Assembly: GCA_965224085.1 (NCBI GenBank)
Contig: CBDCYI010000004.1
Span: 256,001-320,000, forward strand
Length of the DNA: 64,000 nt
From: Candidatus Marinacidobacterales bacterium
Lineage (GTDB): Bacteria; Acidobacteriota; Vicinamibacteria; Marinacidobacterales; SMYC01
Direction: 5' to 3'
The notes under the pieces are model-generated. The model made no database searches and was not told the origin of the DNA. It saw only the letters and a program-made list of their open reading frames with translations. Below, one piece after another: positions 1 to 7,880 of this stretch. Position 1 is the first letter of the stretch. Every line of letters starts with the position of its first letter. A program made the translations under genes and the position numbers.

Positions 1-37
1 ACTTCAACCTTCCTGATCTGGACGCTGCCCAGCACAC
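1..37 (-). mobile_element. 5' end of a second, nested group II intron inserted in the left intron copy; continues beyond the window start
   Basis: Identity to the right intron copy stops at ...GATTCATAGT (pos 38). The minus strand then reads GTGTGCTGGGCAGCGTCCAGATCAGGAAGGTTGAAGT, a GUGYG 5' splice-site consensus resembling but distinct from the host intron start GTGCGCTGGGC...GGTGGAAGT. Only 37 nt are visible. Confidence 0.7.
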
Positions 38-433
38 ACTATGAATCGGTCCGACTTCCGGCCTCAGCTCAGCACCGCGCTTCGGTTTTCCCTTGCGCGA
101 CGCCCCCATCGGTGACCATTCCGATGGACCCGGCCGGACCTCCTGGGTCCCGAAAGGAACTCTTCGTACGTGATGTGGTCCACGACCCCGGCGGAGCGTA
201 ACCATCTCGCGATAGCGATGGCCCACATGCTGCCTTCATTGACGGGAATCAACTCGGCCTTCCGCGATATTCAGCATTTCGAGGCTACATTCACACACCC
301 TGCACGACCCCTGTCTACGCTTCGGACCCCGCGTTGCCACGACGCCCGCAAGACTCGGTCCCGACCTGTCCGCTACGACTTTTGGTCGGATTGGACTTCC
401 ACCCATAGGCTCCTTTCAGTTAGCCCAGCGCAC
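38..433 (-). mobile_element. Group II intron copy (5' 396 nt, domain I to start of domain III) inserted in the IS256 TIR downstream of the transposase
   Basis: Reverse complement of 1880-2275. Starts GTGCG at 433. Mirror ORFs 64..252(-) and 2061..2249(+) are identical. Confidence 0.93.
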
Positions 434-470
434 TCCCGTCGGATGTTGAATTTGGTCGGGTAGCGGCGGC
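434..470. repeat. IS256 terminal inverted repeat downstream of the transposase, inner part
   Basis: Reverse complement GCCGCCGCTACCCGACCAAATTCAACATCCGACGGGA matches 1846-1879 except for a 3-nt indel and one substitution. Confidence 0.88.
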
Positions 471-484
471 ACCTGTGAATACTC

Positions 485-1780
485 TTAGGCAGCAAACTCA
501 TCGCTGTCAAGAGATTTCTGTTTGCTTCTAAGCGCGTGAACGAGAGCGCCCATATGGCGATAGCCTTTGATACGCCGGAACTTCTTCTCCGCCGTGACGA
601 CGCCGAGAGCGGTCCATCGGCGAACCATCGAAGGACTCTTCCAACGCTTGACGTTTCTCGATACTCTTCGAATGGTTCCGTTGAGATTCTCAATGGCGTT
701 CGTCGTGGCAAGAGACTGGCGAAGTAACTCGGGCAGAGCGAGCTTCACGACCGTGAGCGTCTCTTCCATCCCTTCGCGAAGGCTTCCGGCAGCTTCATCG
801 TGGCTGTTTCGCTCGAGCCACGACACCAATGCCTGAAGTCGCTTGCGCGCCTTGTCGGCACTCTTGCACTTGTAGGCTTTCTTCATCGTCTGGAGCACGT
901 AGGCGTGACGAGACTTGGGAAGGTACGAGCGAAGATTTCGGAGTTTATGGATCTGGCACCTTTGGATGACCGCGAGATCCCCCAACACGTCGACGAGTGC
1001 CTTGCGGATACCTTTGCCTCCGTCCACTACACAGAGAATCGACTCATCGACGCGCAAGCCTCGCTCGAGAAGGTCCTGCAACATCGCGGTGCACACCCGA
1101 GAGTTTTCCGTCGAGCCCAGCCATATACCCAGGGGCACCTTCGTTCCATCTATTGTGATACCGAGAGTTACGACGACGGTCTGGCCGGCCACCTCAAGGC
1201 CATCCATCATCAGTGCCGCAAGTTCGTACTCCTCTAGCCGCCGAGACAGGTATTGCTCGAGCTTCTTCGTCGTCTGGCTTACGAGGTGACGGCTGGCGGC
1301 ACTCTTGCTCGTGCCACGAGACTTCAACTTGGCCGCGGGTTTGTCCAGACTCCGTTCGTAATTTCGGGTCGATACCCCCACCAAGATCTGATTCAACACT
1401 CGCTCTGGAAGCGGGTCTTCTTCGCGGAAGGCTTCGAAGTGTGGAAGCGACGCCTCCTCACCAGACTTCGAACGCACTCGAGGTCGCGACACTTGGATGC
1501 GACGACCACCGAAGCTCAGCTCTCCGTTCGTGCTCCCCCAGTGGTTATGAGTTCGCTTCTTCTCGTGCTTGCCCTTCGGTCCCGCGATCTCCTCGGCGTC
1601 CTCTCTGAGCAGTAGGTGCAGAGCTGTCAGTCCTTGCTCGTACACCCATTCCGTCAGGTCCGCCTTCGTGGCAGCGATCCCAGCTATCATCGGTAGCAGT
1701 ATCTGACCGACTTGGCCAACTACCTTGCCCGTAGGCGAGTGCGTTTGCTTTTTTACTGGCTTCTTTGATTTCCTAGGCAT
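485..1780 (-). CDS. IS256-family (mutator-type) DDE transposase
   Basis: 431 aa with GVSTR, MMDG, VVDGGKG, QRCQIHKLRN and TTNAIENLN motifs typical of IS256 transposases. AAGGAG RBS upstream. Confidence 0.95.
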   Translation of the reverse strand: MPRKSKKPVKKQTHSPTGKVVGQVGQILLPMIAGIAATKADLTEWVYEQGLTALHLLLREDAEEIAGPKGKHEKKRTHNHWGSTNGELSFGGRRIQVSRPRVRSKSGEEASLPHFEAFREEDPLPERVLNQILVGVSTRNYERSLDKPAAKLKSRGTSKSAASRHLVSQTTKKLEQYLSRRLEEYELAALMMDGLEVAGQTVVVTLGITIDGTKVPLGIWLGSTENSRVCTAMLQDLLERGLRVDESILCVVDGGKGIRKALVDVLGDLAVIQRCQIHKLRNLRSYLPKSRHAYVLQTMKKAYKCKSADKARKRLQALVSWLERNSHDEAAGSLREGMEETLTVVKLALPELLRQSLATTNAIENLNGTIRRVSRNVKRWKSPSMVRRWTALGVVTAEKKFRRIKGYRHMGALVHALRSKQKSLDSDEFAA

Positions 1781-1781
1781 T

Positions 1782-1851
1782 GGTGGCTCCTTGTCCCCCT
1801 CTGGAGACGGTTGTTTGGCAGACCTATTTTTAGGCCGGCCAAGGAGCCGCC
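1782..1851 (-). promoter_or_regulatory. Hairpin that could sequester the IS256 transposase RBS in read-through transcripts
   Basis: GGTGGCTCCTTG (1782-1793) and CAAGGAGCCGCC (1840-1851) form an 11/12 inverted repeat that includes the RBS. Confidence 0.5.
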
Positions 1852-1879
1852 GCTACCCCAAATTCAACATCCGGCGGGA
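1846..1879. repeat. IS256 terminal inverted repeat upstream of the transposase, inner part; also the intron 5' exon (IBS)
   Basis: GCCGCCGCTACCCCAAATTCAACATCCGGCGGGA lies directly before the intron GTGCG. Confidence 0.88.
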
Positions 1880-3772
1880 GTGCGCTGGGCTAACTGAAAG
1901 GAGCCTATGGGTGGAAGTCCAATCCGACCAAAAGTCGTAGCGGACAGGTCGGGACCGAGTCTTGCGGGCGTCGTGGCAACGCGGGGTCCGAAGCGTAGAC
2001 AGGGGTCGTGCAGGGTGTGTGAATGTAGCCTCGAAATGCTGAATATCGCGGAAGGCCGAGTTGATTCCCGTCAATGAAGGCAGCATGTGGGCCATCGCTA
2101 TCGCGAGATGGTTACGCTCCGCCGGGGTCGTGGACCACATCACGTACGAAGAGTTCCTTTCGGGACCCAGGAGGTCCGGCCGGGTCCATCGGAATGGTCA
2201 CCGATGGGGGCGTCGCGCAAGGGAAAACCGAAGCGCGGTGCTGAGCTGAGGCCGGAAGTCGGACCGATTCATAGTACTGAGGAAGCTATCGAAGGCAACG
2301 AGATGGTGGAGGGAAGGGATCGGCCTGGAGGGAACCCACGGGAGAGGGCTAAGGTCCGGACACAGCGCCGGGTCGCCTTACCGCCAAATCTCACGCGGGT
2401 GAACGAAGCAGCGAAGCGAGATAGAAAGGCTCGGTTCACTGCGTTGCTGCATCACGTGGATCACGAAGCGCTCTATCGAGCGTTTCGTCGGTTGAAGCGC
2501 AGCGCAAGCGCTGGTGTCGACGGAGAGACTGTCGCCGATTACGAGAAGAACTTCGTGAGCAACATCAAGGATCTTTGCTCGCGGGTACACGCCGGTCGCT
2601 ACCGACCACTACCGGTGCGGCGCGTGTACATTCCTAAGTCGGATGGCGGAAAGCGCCCTCTTGGCATCCCCGCACTGGAAGACAAGATTGTCCAAGGAGC
2701 GGTAGCCGAGGTTTTGAGCGCCGTCTACGAAGTCGATTTCATCGGGTTCTCGTACGGGTTTCGGCCCGGACGGAGCCCGCACCAAGCGTTGCACGCGCTC
2801 CACACCGCGCTCATGACGCAACGCGTGAACTGGGTTCTCGACGCGGACATCCGCAAGTTCTTCGACTCGGTGGACCACGAGTGGTTGATGCGGATGCTTT
2901 CGCACCGGGTCGCCGACAAACGCATCCTTCGACTCATCCGTCAGTGGTTGCGAGCCGGCGTACTGGAGAAAGGAGAGTGGAGCGAGACAACTGAAGGGAC
3001 ACCGCAAGGGGCAGGTGTGAGCCCGCTCTTGGCTAACGTCTTTCTGCACTACGTTCTAGATCTGTGGGTTCATCGATGGCGCCGGCTCGAAGCACAAGGC
3101 CGTATTTCCATCGTGCGATACGCTGACGACTTCGTCATGGGCTTCCAGCATCGGACCGATGCCAGCAGGATGATGAGAGCGCTCAAGGAGCGACTAGCCC
3201 GATTCGGGCTTGCGCTCCACGAGAACAAGACCCGTTTGCTCGAGTTCGGGAGATTACCTTCCTTGTCACGCGAGCAACGGGGCCTTCGGCGGTGTGCGAC
3301 GTTCGCTTTCCTGGGTTTCACTCATTATTGTGGGAGAACCCGCGATGGCCGTTTCGTCGTGAAGCGCAAAACGCAGAGCCAGCGGCTACGAGCCAAACTC
3401 AAGTCGCTACGGCTTCGCGCGAAGCAACGTATGCATGCTCCAGTCGCCGTCCAGCATCGCTGGCTTTGCCAGGTGCTGCGCGGTCACTACGCGTACTACG
3501 GACTTCCCAGCAACATCCGCTCTCTCCAATCCTTTTCTGAGGAGGTGACACGGTTGTGGTTTCGAAGCCTTCGTCGGCGGAGTCAGCGCCGAATGACCTG
3601 GCCTCGTTTTCACTTGTTGTTGGAGCGCTTTCCCCTACCAGTCCCTCACCTCACTCCGTCCCGACTACCTTGCCTTGTCTGATTTCGGGTATACCTTCAG
3701 GAGGAGCCGAGTGCGGGAAAGCCGCACGCTCGGATCTGTGAGGGCGAAAGCCGAATGGCTGAGCTACTCGAC
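1880..3772 (+). mobile_element. Complete group II intron (endonuclease-less IEP, resembles bacterial class E)
   Basis: 5' GTGCG at 1880. Domain V GAGCCGAGTGCGGGAAAGCCGCACGCTCGGATC at about 3704-3736. Domain VI ends CTACTCGAC at 3772 (AY end). Internal RT ORF. Confidence 0.93.
2303..3682 (+). CDS. ltrA: Group II intron reverse transcriptase/maturase (start uncertain)
   Basis: ASAGVDG, YIPKSDGGKRPLGIP, SYGFRPGRS, GTPQG, RYADD, FLGF and a domain X (LRGHYAYY). No C-terminal HNH domain. Confidence 0.95.
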   Translation: MVEGRDRPGGNPRERAKVRTQRRVALPPNLTRVNEAAKRDRKARFTALLHHVDHEALYRAFRRLKRSASAGVDGETVADYEKNFVSNIKDLCSRVHAGRYRPLPVRRVYIPKSDGGKRPLGIPALEDKIVQGAVAEVLSAVYEVDFIGFSYGFRPGRSPHQALHALHTALMTQRVNWVLDADIRKFFDSVDHEWLMRMLSHRVADKRILRLIRQWLRAGVLEKGEWSETTEGTPQGAGVSPLLANVFLHYVLDLWVHRWRRLEAQGRISIVRYADDFVMGFQHRTDASRMMRALKERLARFGLALHENKTRLLEFGRLPSLSREQRGLRRCATFAFLGFTHYCGRTRDGRFVVKRKTQSQRLRAKLKSLRLRAKQRMHAPVAVQHRWLCQVLRGHYAYYGLPSNIRSLQSFSEEVTRLWFRSLRRRSQRRMTWPRFHLLLERFPLPVPHLTPSRLPCLV

Positions 3773-3778
3773 CATCCC

Positions 3779-3880
3779 CCCCGGCAGGGCTTCGCTTCTG
3801 TCACGACCCTCGAACACGACTTGGCCGTTCACGAGGACGAGCTCGACCCCGCGAGCATATTGATGAGGCTGGCGGAATGT
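3779..3880 (-). pseudogene. C-terminal remnant of a D-aminoacylase-like amidohydrolase abutting the IS256 end
   Basis: Minus frame reads TFRQPHQYARGVELVLVNGQVVFEGRDRSEALPG. No upstream gene body. Confidence 0.5.
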
Positions 3881-3910
3881 CAGCCATCGCGAACGATGAG
3901 CGGGCTACTG

Positions 3911-3944
3911 CAATTATGATATTGAAATTGACTTTCACTTTCAG
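3911..3944. promoter_or_regulatory. Putative Fur-type iron-responsive operator upstream of bfd-bfr
   Basis: AT-rich island with palindrome TGAAA-TTGAC-TTTCA (3923-3937) just upstream of bfd. Confidence 0.5.
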
Positions 3945-3963
3945 AAGAGCTATATTGGGCTCG

Positions 3964-4170
3964 ATGATCGTTTGTCTCTGTAAAGGCGTGACTGACCGCA
4001 CCATCCGTACGCTCGTGCGCGAGGGCGCGTGCTCCATCCGGGACGTCGGACGCGCGTGCGACGCGGGCCGTACCTGCGGCGGCTGCCGACCGACGATCGA
4101 CCGGCTCGTTGCGACAGAGACGAGGCAGCGCAAGTCGCCTCGCGGTATGATGAAGGGTCATGAAAGGTGA
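3964..4170 (+). CDS. bfd: Bacterioferritin-associated [2Fe-2S] ferredoxin
   Basis: MIVCLCKGVTD...CGGC motif, upstream of bfr. Confidence 0.88.
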   Translation: MIVCLCKGVTDRTIRTLVREGACSIRDVGRACDAGRTCGGCRPTIDRLVATETRQRKSPRGMMKGHER

Positions 4171-4630
4171 TGCAAAGATCATCGAAGCCCTCAACGACGT
4201 CCTGACCGCCGAGCTCACCGCCATCAACCAGTATTTCGTGCATGCCAAGATGTGCGAGAACTGGGGCTATAAACGCCTCGCCAATAAAAAGCGCGACGAG
4301 TCCATCGAGGAGATGAAACACGCCGATAGCGTGATTCTCCGGATTCTCTTTCTCGACGGCATCCCGAATATGCAGCGCCTCAGCCCGGTGCGCGTCGGCG
4401 AGGAAGCGGTCGAGCAGCACAAGCTCGATTTGGAGCTCGAGCTCGACGCCATAACAAGGCTGAACGACACGATCGCGCTTTGTCGCGAGAAGGGCGATAA
4501 CGGCACGCGCGAGCTACTCGACAGCATCTTGAAAGAAGAAGAGGACAGCGTCGATTGGCTCGAGGCACAGCTCCATCTCGCCGAAGAAGTGGGCCGCGAG
4601 CGCTACCTCGCCGAGCAGATCAATTCTTAG
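4160..4630 (+). CDS. bfr: Bacterioferritin
   Basis: MKGDAKIIEALN..ELTAINQYF.H..ESIEEMKHAD, 156 aa. Confidence 0.96.
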   Translation: MKGDAKIIEALNDVLTAELTAINQYFVHAKMCENWGYKRLANKKRDESIEEMKHADSVILRILFLDGIPNMQRLSPVRVGEEAVEQHKLDLELELDAITRLNDTIALCREKGDNGTRELLDSILKEEEDSVDWLEAQLHLAEEVGRERYLAEQINS

Positions 4631-6329
4631 AGGTCTCGAAGATCTTGAAAACGGGTGGCGCTTCCGGAATCGCGGCGCCGTCATGCCTTGGCTCGGACGC
4701 GCCGAAATGCACGCCGTCGCCGTTCGACATCACCGCTTGACCGAAACCGAAGCGTCCCGTTCGCGGTGGGATGACCTCGATTTCGTGACCTAGCCCTTCG
4801 AGTTTCGTACGCACCGTCTCGGGAATGAGCGACTCCATCCGCACGTCACAGCCGTCGAAGCTTCCTTTGGTGAAACGTCCTGCTTCGAGGGATTGCTGGA
4901 TGTTCATGCCGTAATCAACGATGTTCGCGACGAACTGCGCGTGGGCCTGCGACTGGTTCCAGCCGCCCATGATCCCGAAGCCGATGCGCACATCGTCCTT
5001 CTCCATGAACGCGGGGATGATCGTATGGAGCGGCCGCTTTCGCGGCTCGAGCGTGTTTGGTTGGTCAGGCTCCATCGTAAACAGCGCCCCGCGATTGTGC
5101 AGCATGAAACCTGCGCCCGGTGGCACGAGCCCGGATCCGAAGCCGCCATAGTTGCTCTGAATGAGGGAAACGATGTTGCCGTCCCGATCGATTACCGACA
5201 GATAGATCGTGTCCCCGCCTTCGGCGTCGGTAACGGTGCGAAACTCCGAAGGCGTCACGACGCATGCCGCCTTTTGGGCATCAATGAGTTTGGCGCGCTC
5301 GGCCGCGTGCGCTTTGTCGAGCATGTCAGGTACCGGGATCTCGGAGAAGCGCGCATCCCCCACGTAGTGAAGCATGTCGGCATAAGCGAGCTTCTTGGCT
5401 TCGACCATCACGTGAAGCGCTTTCGCGCTGTGAAAACCGTACTCGCCGAGGGGATAGCGTTCCATCAAGTTAAGCATCATGAGCGCAGCGATGCCTTGAG
5501 TGTTGGGTCCGATCTCGCTCACGGTCCAACCGCGATAAGTCGTTTGGATCGGCGCCATCCATTCGGGCTCGTACTCGGCAAGATCCGCCGCTCGGAAGAC
5601 GCCGCCGGTTTCTTCCGAGATGGCAAGAATGGCTTTCGCAGTCGGGCCTTTGTAGTAACCGTCGCGGCCGTGCTCGGCCACCCGGCGCAGCGACGCTGCA
5701 AGGTCCGGGTTCTTGAAGACCTCCCCCGCTTTCGGCGCGCGGCCGTCAATCAAAAACGTCTTCTTGGAGTTCGGGTGGCTCGCAAGCATTTCTTCCGAGC
5801 GCTTCCAACCAGAAGCAATGACTTCGGAAAGTGGAAAGCCGTTCTCTGCGTAGTGGATCGCGGGGGCCAAAATTTCCGAGAGCGGCAGCTTGCCGAGCCG
5901 TCCGGCAAGAGCGTCCCATCCCGCAACGACCCCGGGCACCGTCACGCTGTAGATGCCGCGCCGGGGCATCGCCTCGATGTCCTTGGACGCGAGGTGCTCG
6001 ATGTCCAGCGCTTTCGGCGCCCAGCCGCTCGCGTTCAAACCGAGGAACTCACCTGTCTTCGCCATATAGATGATCGCGAAAAGATCGCCGCCTATCCCGT
6101 TGCCCGTCGGCTCCATGAGGCCGATGGTCGCATTGGCCGCGATGGCCGCGTCGATCGCGTTTCCGCCTCGTTCGAGAATTTGAACGCCGGCACGCGCGGC
6201 GAGGGGTTGGCTCGCGGCCACAATGCCATATTCGGTCGCCACCATAGAGCGGCCAACGACCGGATCTTCGGCCAACGATGTTGTCGCGATGGAAAGCATT
6301 AGCAGGCTCCAAAATGCGATCTTTTTCAT
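4620..6329 (-). CDS. ggt: Gamma-glutamyltransferase, exported
   Basis: Signal peptide, GGNAIDAAIA, GIGGDLF, catalytic Thr in DTIYLSVID, KRPLHTIIP, GIMGG. Confidence 0.93.
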   Translation of the reverse strand: MKKIAFWSLLMLSIATTSLAEDPVVGRSMVATEYGIVAASQPLAARAGVQILERGGNAIDAAIAANATIGLMEPTGNGIGGDLFAIIYMAKTGEFLGLNASGWAPKALDIEHLASKDIEAMPRRGIYSVTVPGVVAGWDALAGRLGKLPLSEILAPAIHYAENGFPLSEVIASGWKRSEEMLASHPNSKKTFLIDGRAPKAGEVFKNPDLAASLRRVAEHGRDGYYKGPTAKAILAISEETGGVFRAADLAEYEPEWMAPIQTTYRGWTVSEIGPNTQGIAALMMLNLMERYPLGEYGFHSAKALHVMVEAKKLAYADMLHYVGDARFSEIPVPDMLDKAHAAERAKLIDAQKAACVVTPSEFRTVTDAEGGDTIYLSVIDRDGNIVSLIQSNYGGFGSGLVPPGAGFMLHNRGALFTMEPDQPNTLEPRKRPLHTIIPAFMEKDDVRIGFGIMGGWNQSQAHAQFVANIVDYGMNIQQSLEAGRFTKGSFDGCDVRMESLIPETVRTKLEGLGHEIEVIPPRTGRFGFGQAVMSNGDGVHFGASEPRHDGAAIPEAPPVFKIFETSKN

Positions 6330-6363
6330 GACGCCACCTTTCGTATCCGTGAGTGCAAATATT

Positions 6364-7272
6364 CTACTCTCCGAGGGCCGGTAAAACCACGGCGAGCGCT
6401 TTGTCCTGCACGCGAATGTCGACCGGCGCCAAGCCGGACGGCTCACCATCGAGCTGCAGCGGGACGCGCGCACCTTCGTCAACGCTCACGCTCAGAGCAT
6501 CGGTCTTCAAGTGCTCGATGTCCGAGAACCTCAGATGGAAGTGCCCGAGGACGCCTAGAAGGTAGCGCAAGTAGTCGCGACGGTTCTTGCCCGTGAAGAT
6601 CACGACGTCGAGCATGGGCTCTTCGAGCTTCGCGTCGGGGGTAACGTAGTAGCGCGGTCCGTAGCGGCGGATATTTCCCGCGATGAGCCCCGTCCCCACG
6701 ATCTCTTTTCCACCCACGCGCACGCGCACAGGGCTCATGGGATAGCTCGCGAGTAAACGGAATCCGTCGAGCCAGAAGGCGAAGGCGCCAAGCGCGGCTT
6801 TAAAGCCCGACTTGAGCCTATACACGACCTCCCCATCAAGGCCAACCCCCGCCATGAGAAGGAAGGGGCGCTCGCCGGCAAAGCCCATCGGGATACGAAC
6901 GATCCGTCCGCCGACCAGGGTGTCGAGCGCTCCTGAGAGCGTCAACGAGATCCCGACCTCGCGGGCAAAGACATTGACCGTACCGCCAGGCAGGACACCC
7001 ATCGCGGTCGAGCGGCCGCAAAGCCCGCACGCGACTTCGTTCAGCGTGCCGTCACCGCCCCAAGCAATCGCCATCTCGAACCCGTCCTCAGCGACCTCGC
7101 GGGCGATGCGCGTCGCGTGGCCCATGCGCTCTGTCGGACGAGGCGAAACTTCCATGCCGGCATCCTGCAGGCGTGTGAGGACTTGCGACAAGAGCTCGTC
7201 CTTCGCTTGGCCGCGTCCCGAACGCGGGTTGTAGATGAGGGCCGCGCGCATCGGTCCTTTTGTGTCCGGCAT
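6364..7272 (-). CDS. Diacylglycerol kinase-family lipid kinase
   Basis: NPRSG, GGDGTLNEV, PGGTVN and QLDGE motifs. Confidence 0.92.
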   Translation of the reverse strand: MPDTKGPMRAALIYNPRSGRGQAKDELLSQVLTRLQDAGMEVSPRPTERMGHATRIAREVAEDGFEMAIAWGGDGTLNEVACGLCGRSTAMGVLPGGTVNVFAREVGISLTLSGALDTLVGGRIVRIPMGFAGERPFLLMAGVGLDGEVVYRLKSGFKAALGAFAFWLDGFRLLASYPMSPVRVRVGGKEIVGTGLIAGNIRRYGPRYYVTPDAKLEEPMLDVVIFTGKNRRDYLRYLLGVLGHFHLRFSDIEHLKTDALSVSVDEGARVPLQLDGEPSGLAPVDIRVQDKALAVVLPALGE

Positions 7273-7289
7273 GGCTCCGCTTGGCTTCG

Positions 7290-7880
7290 CTATCCGGGCG
7301 CCACGATGACTTCCAGTTCGTCGCGAAGCTCACCCCAGCCTCCGACATCGAGGGCGACATGAATCGTCCAGGCGATCTTGCCCTCCATCGAGCGATACGA
7401 GAACGGCGCCTGTTCGGAGACCGGCAGAGTCGCGTGGAAAGCTCGGGCCTCGCCCACCCCGAGTTTCAACTTTTCACCGAGGACGCTCTCTTCACTTTGG
7501 AGCACCGTCCGCTGCCGTCCTTTCTCCGACGTCTTCTGCAGCGTGCAACGAAGCTCGGCAGAGAGCCGCAGCAGTTCGGTGTTGCGCCGGGCTTCGCTGC
7601 GAAGCTCGATCTCGAAGGCACCTCCCGGCGCAACTTGGTCGCTCACGAGGCCCAAGTCGAGAAGGCTGAACGGATGGCGATCGAGACGATGAGCAAGCCC
7701 GAGCGCCGCATAGAGCCAATTCAACGTCACCGGCACCCATCCCACGACGAAGAACCAGCCGTAACCGCTCCCCTGGTAGAATCGCGAGAAATGCAGATAG
7801 ACGAGCGCCACAAGCGTCGCGAGAAAGAGCGACATCCAAAGCCGGCGTTTCGTCTGGGCGATGAGGGACGTCCAGATCAT
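7290..7880 (-). CDS. Hypothetical membrane protein (two TM segments plus a beta-rich domain)
   Basis: ORF with hydrophobic N-terminus, co-oriented with the lipid kinase. Confidence 0.65.
   Translation of the reverse strand: MIWTSLIAQTKRRLWMSLFLATLVALVYLHFSRFYQGSGYGWFFVVGWVPVTLNWLYAALGLAHRLDRHPFSLLDLGLVSDQVAPGGAFEIELRSEARRNTELLRLSAELRCTLQKTSEKGRQRTVLQSEESVLGEKLKLGVGEARAFHATLPVSEQAPFSYRSMEGKIAWTIHVALDVGGWGELRDELEVIVAPG

Larger units (their letters stand above)
434..1879 (-). mobile_element. IS256-family insertion sequence core; the terminal bases of each TIR are displaced by intron insertion (one tip at about 3773-3778)
   Basis: Transposase 485-1780 is flanked by imperfect inverted repeats 434-470 and 1846-1879. 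Removing the intron restores ...TTCAACATCCGGCGGGA|CATCCC. Confidence 0.88.

Noticed and set aside
64-463. Small ORFs 64..252 and 170..463 and their mirror copies
   Set aside because: Incidental frames within structured intron RNA.
38-2275. Long inverted repeat as a fold-back or chimeric-read artefact
   Set aside because: The arms differ within the TIR (3-nt indel and a substitution), both break at biologically meaningful sites, and the left arm continues into distinct sequence. Long-read confirmation is still advisable.
2087-3682. RT as a retron, DGR or defence RT; 531-aa start at 2087
   Set aside because: Domains V/VI and the GUGCG start identify a group II intron. The first ~70 codons overlap ribozyme domains and are probably untranslated.
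4893-6302. 469-aa plus-strand ORF
   Set aside because: Antisense shadow of ggt in high-GC DNA.
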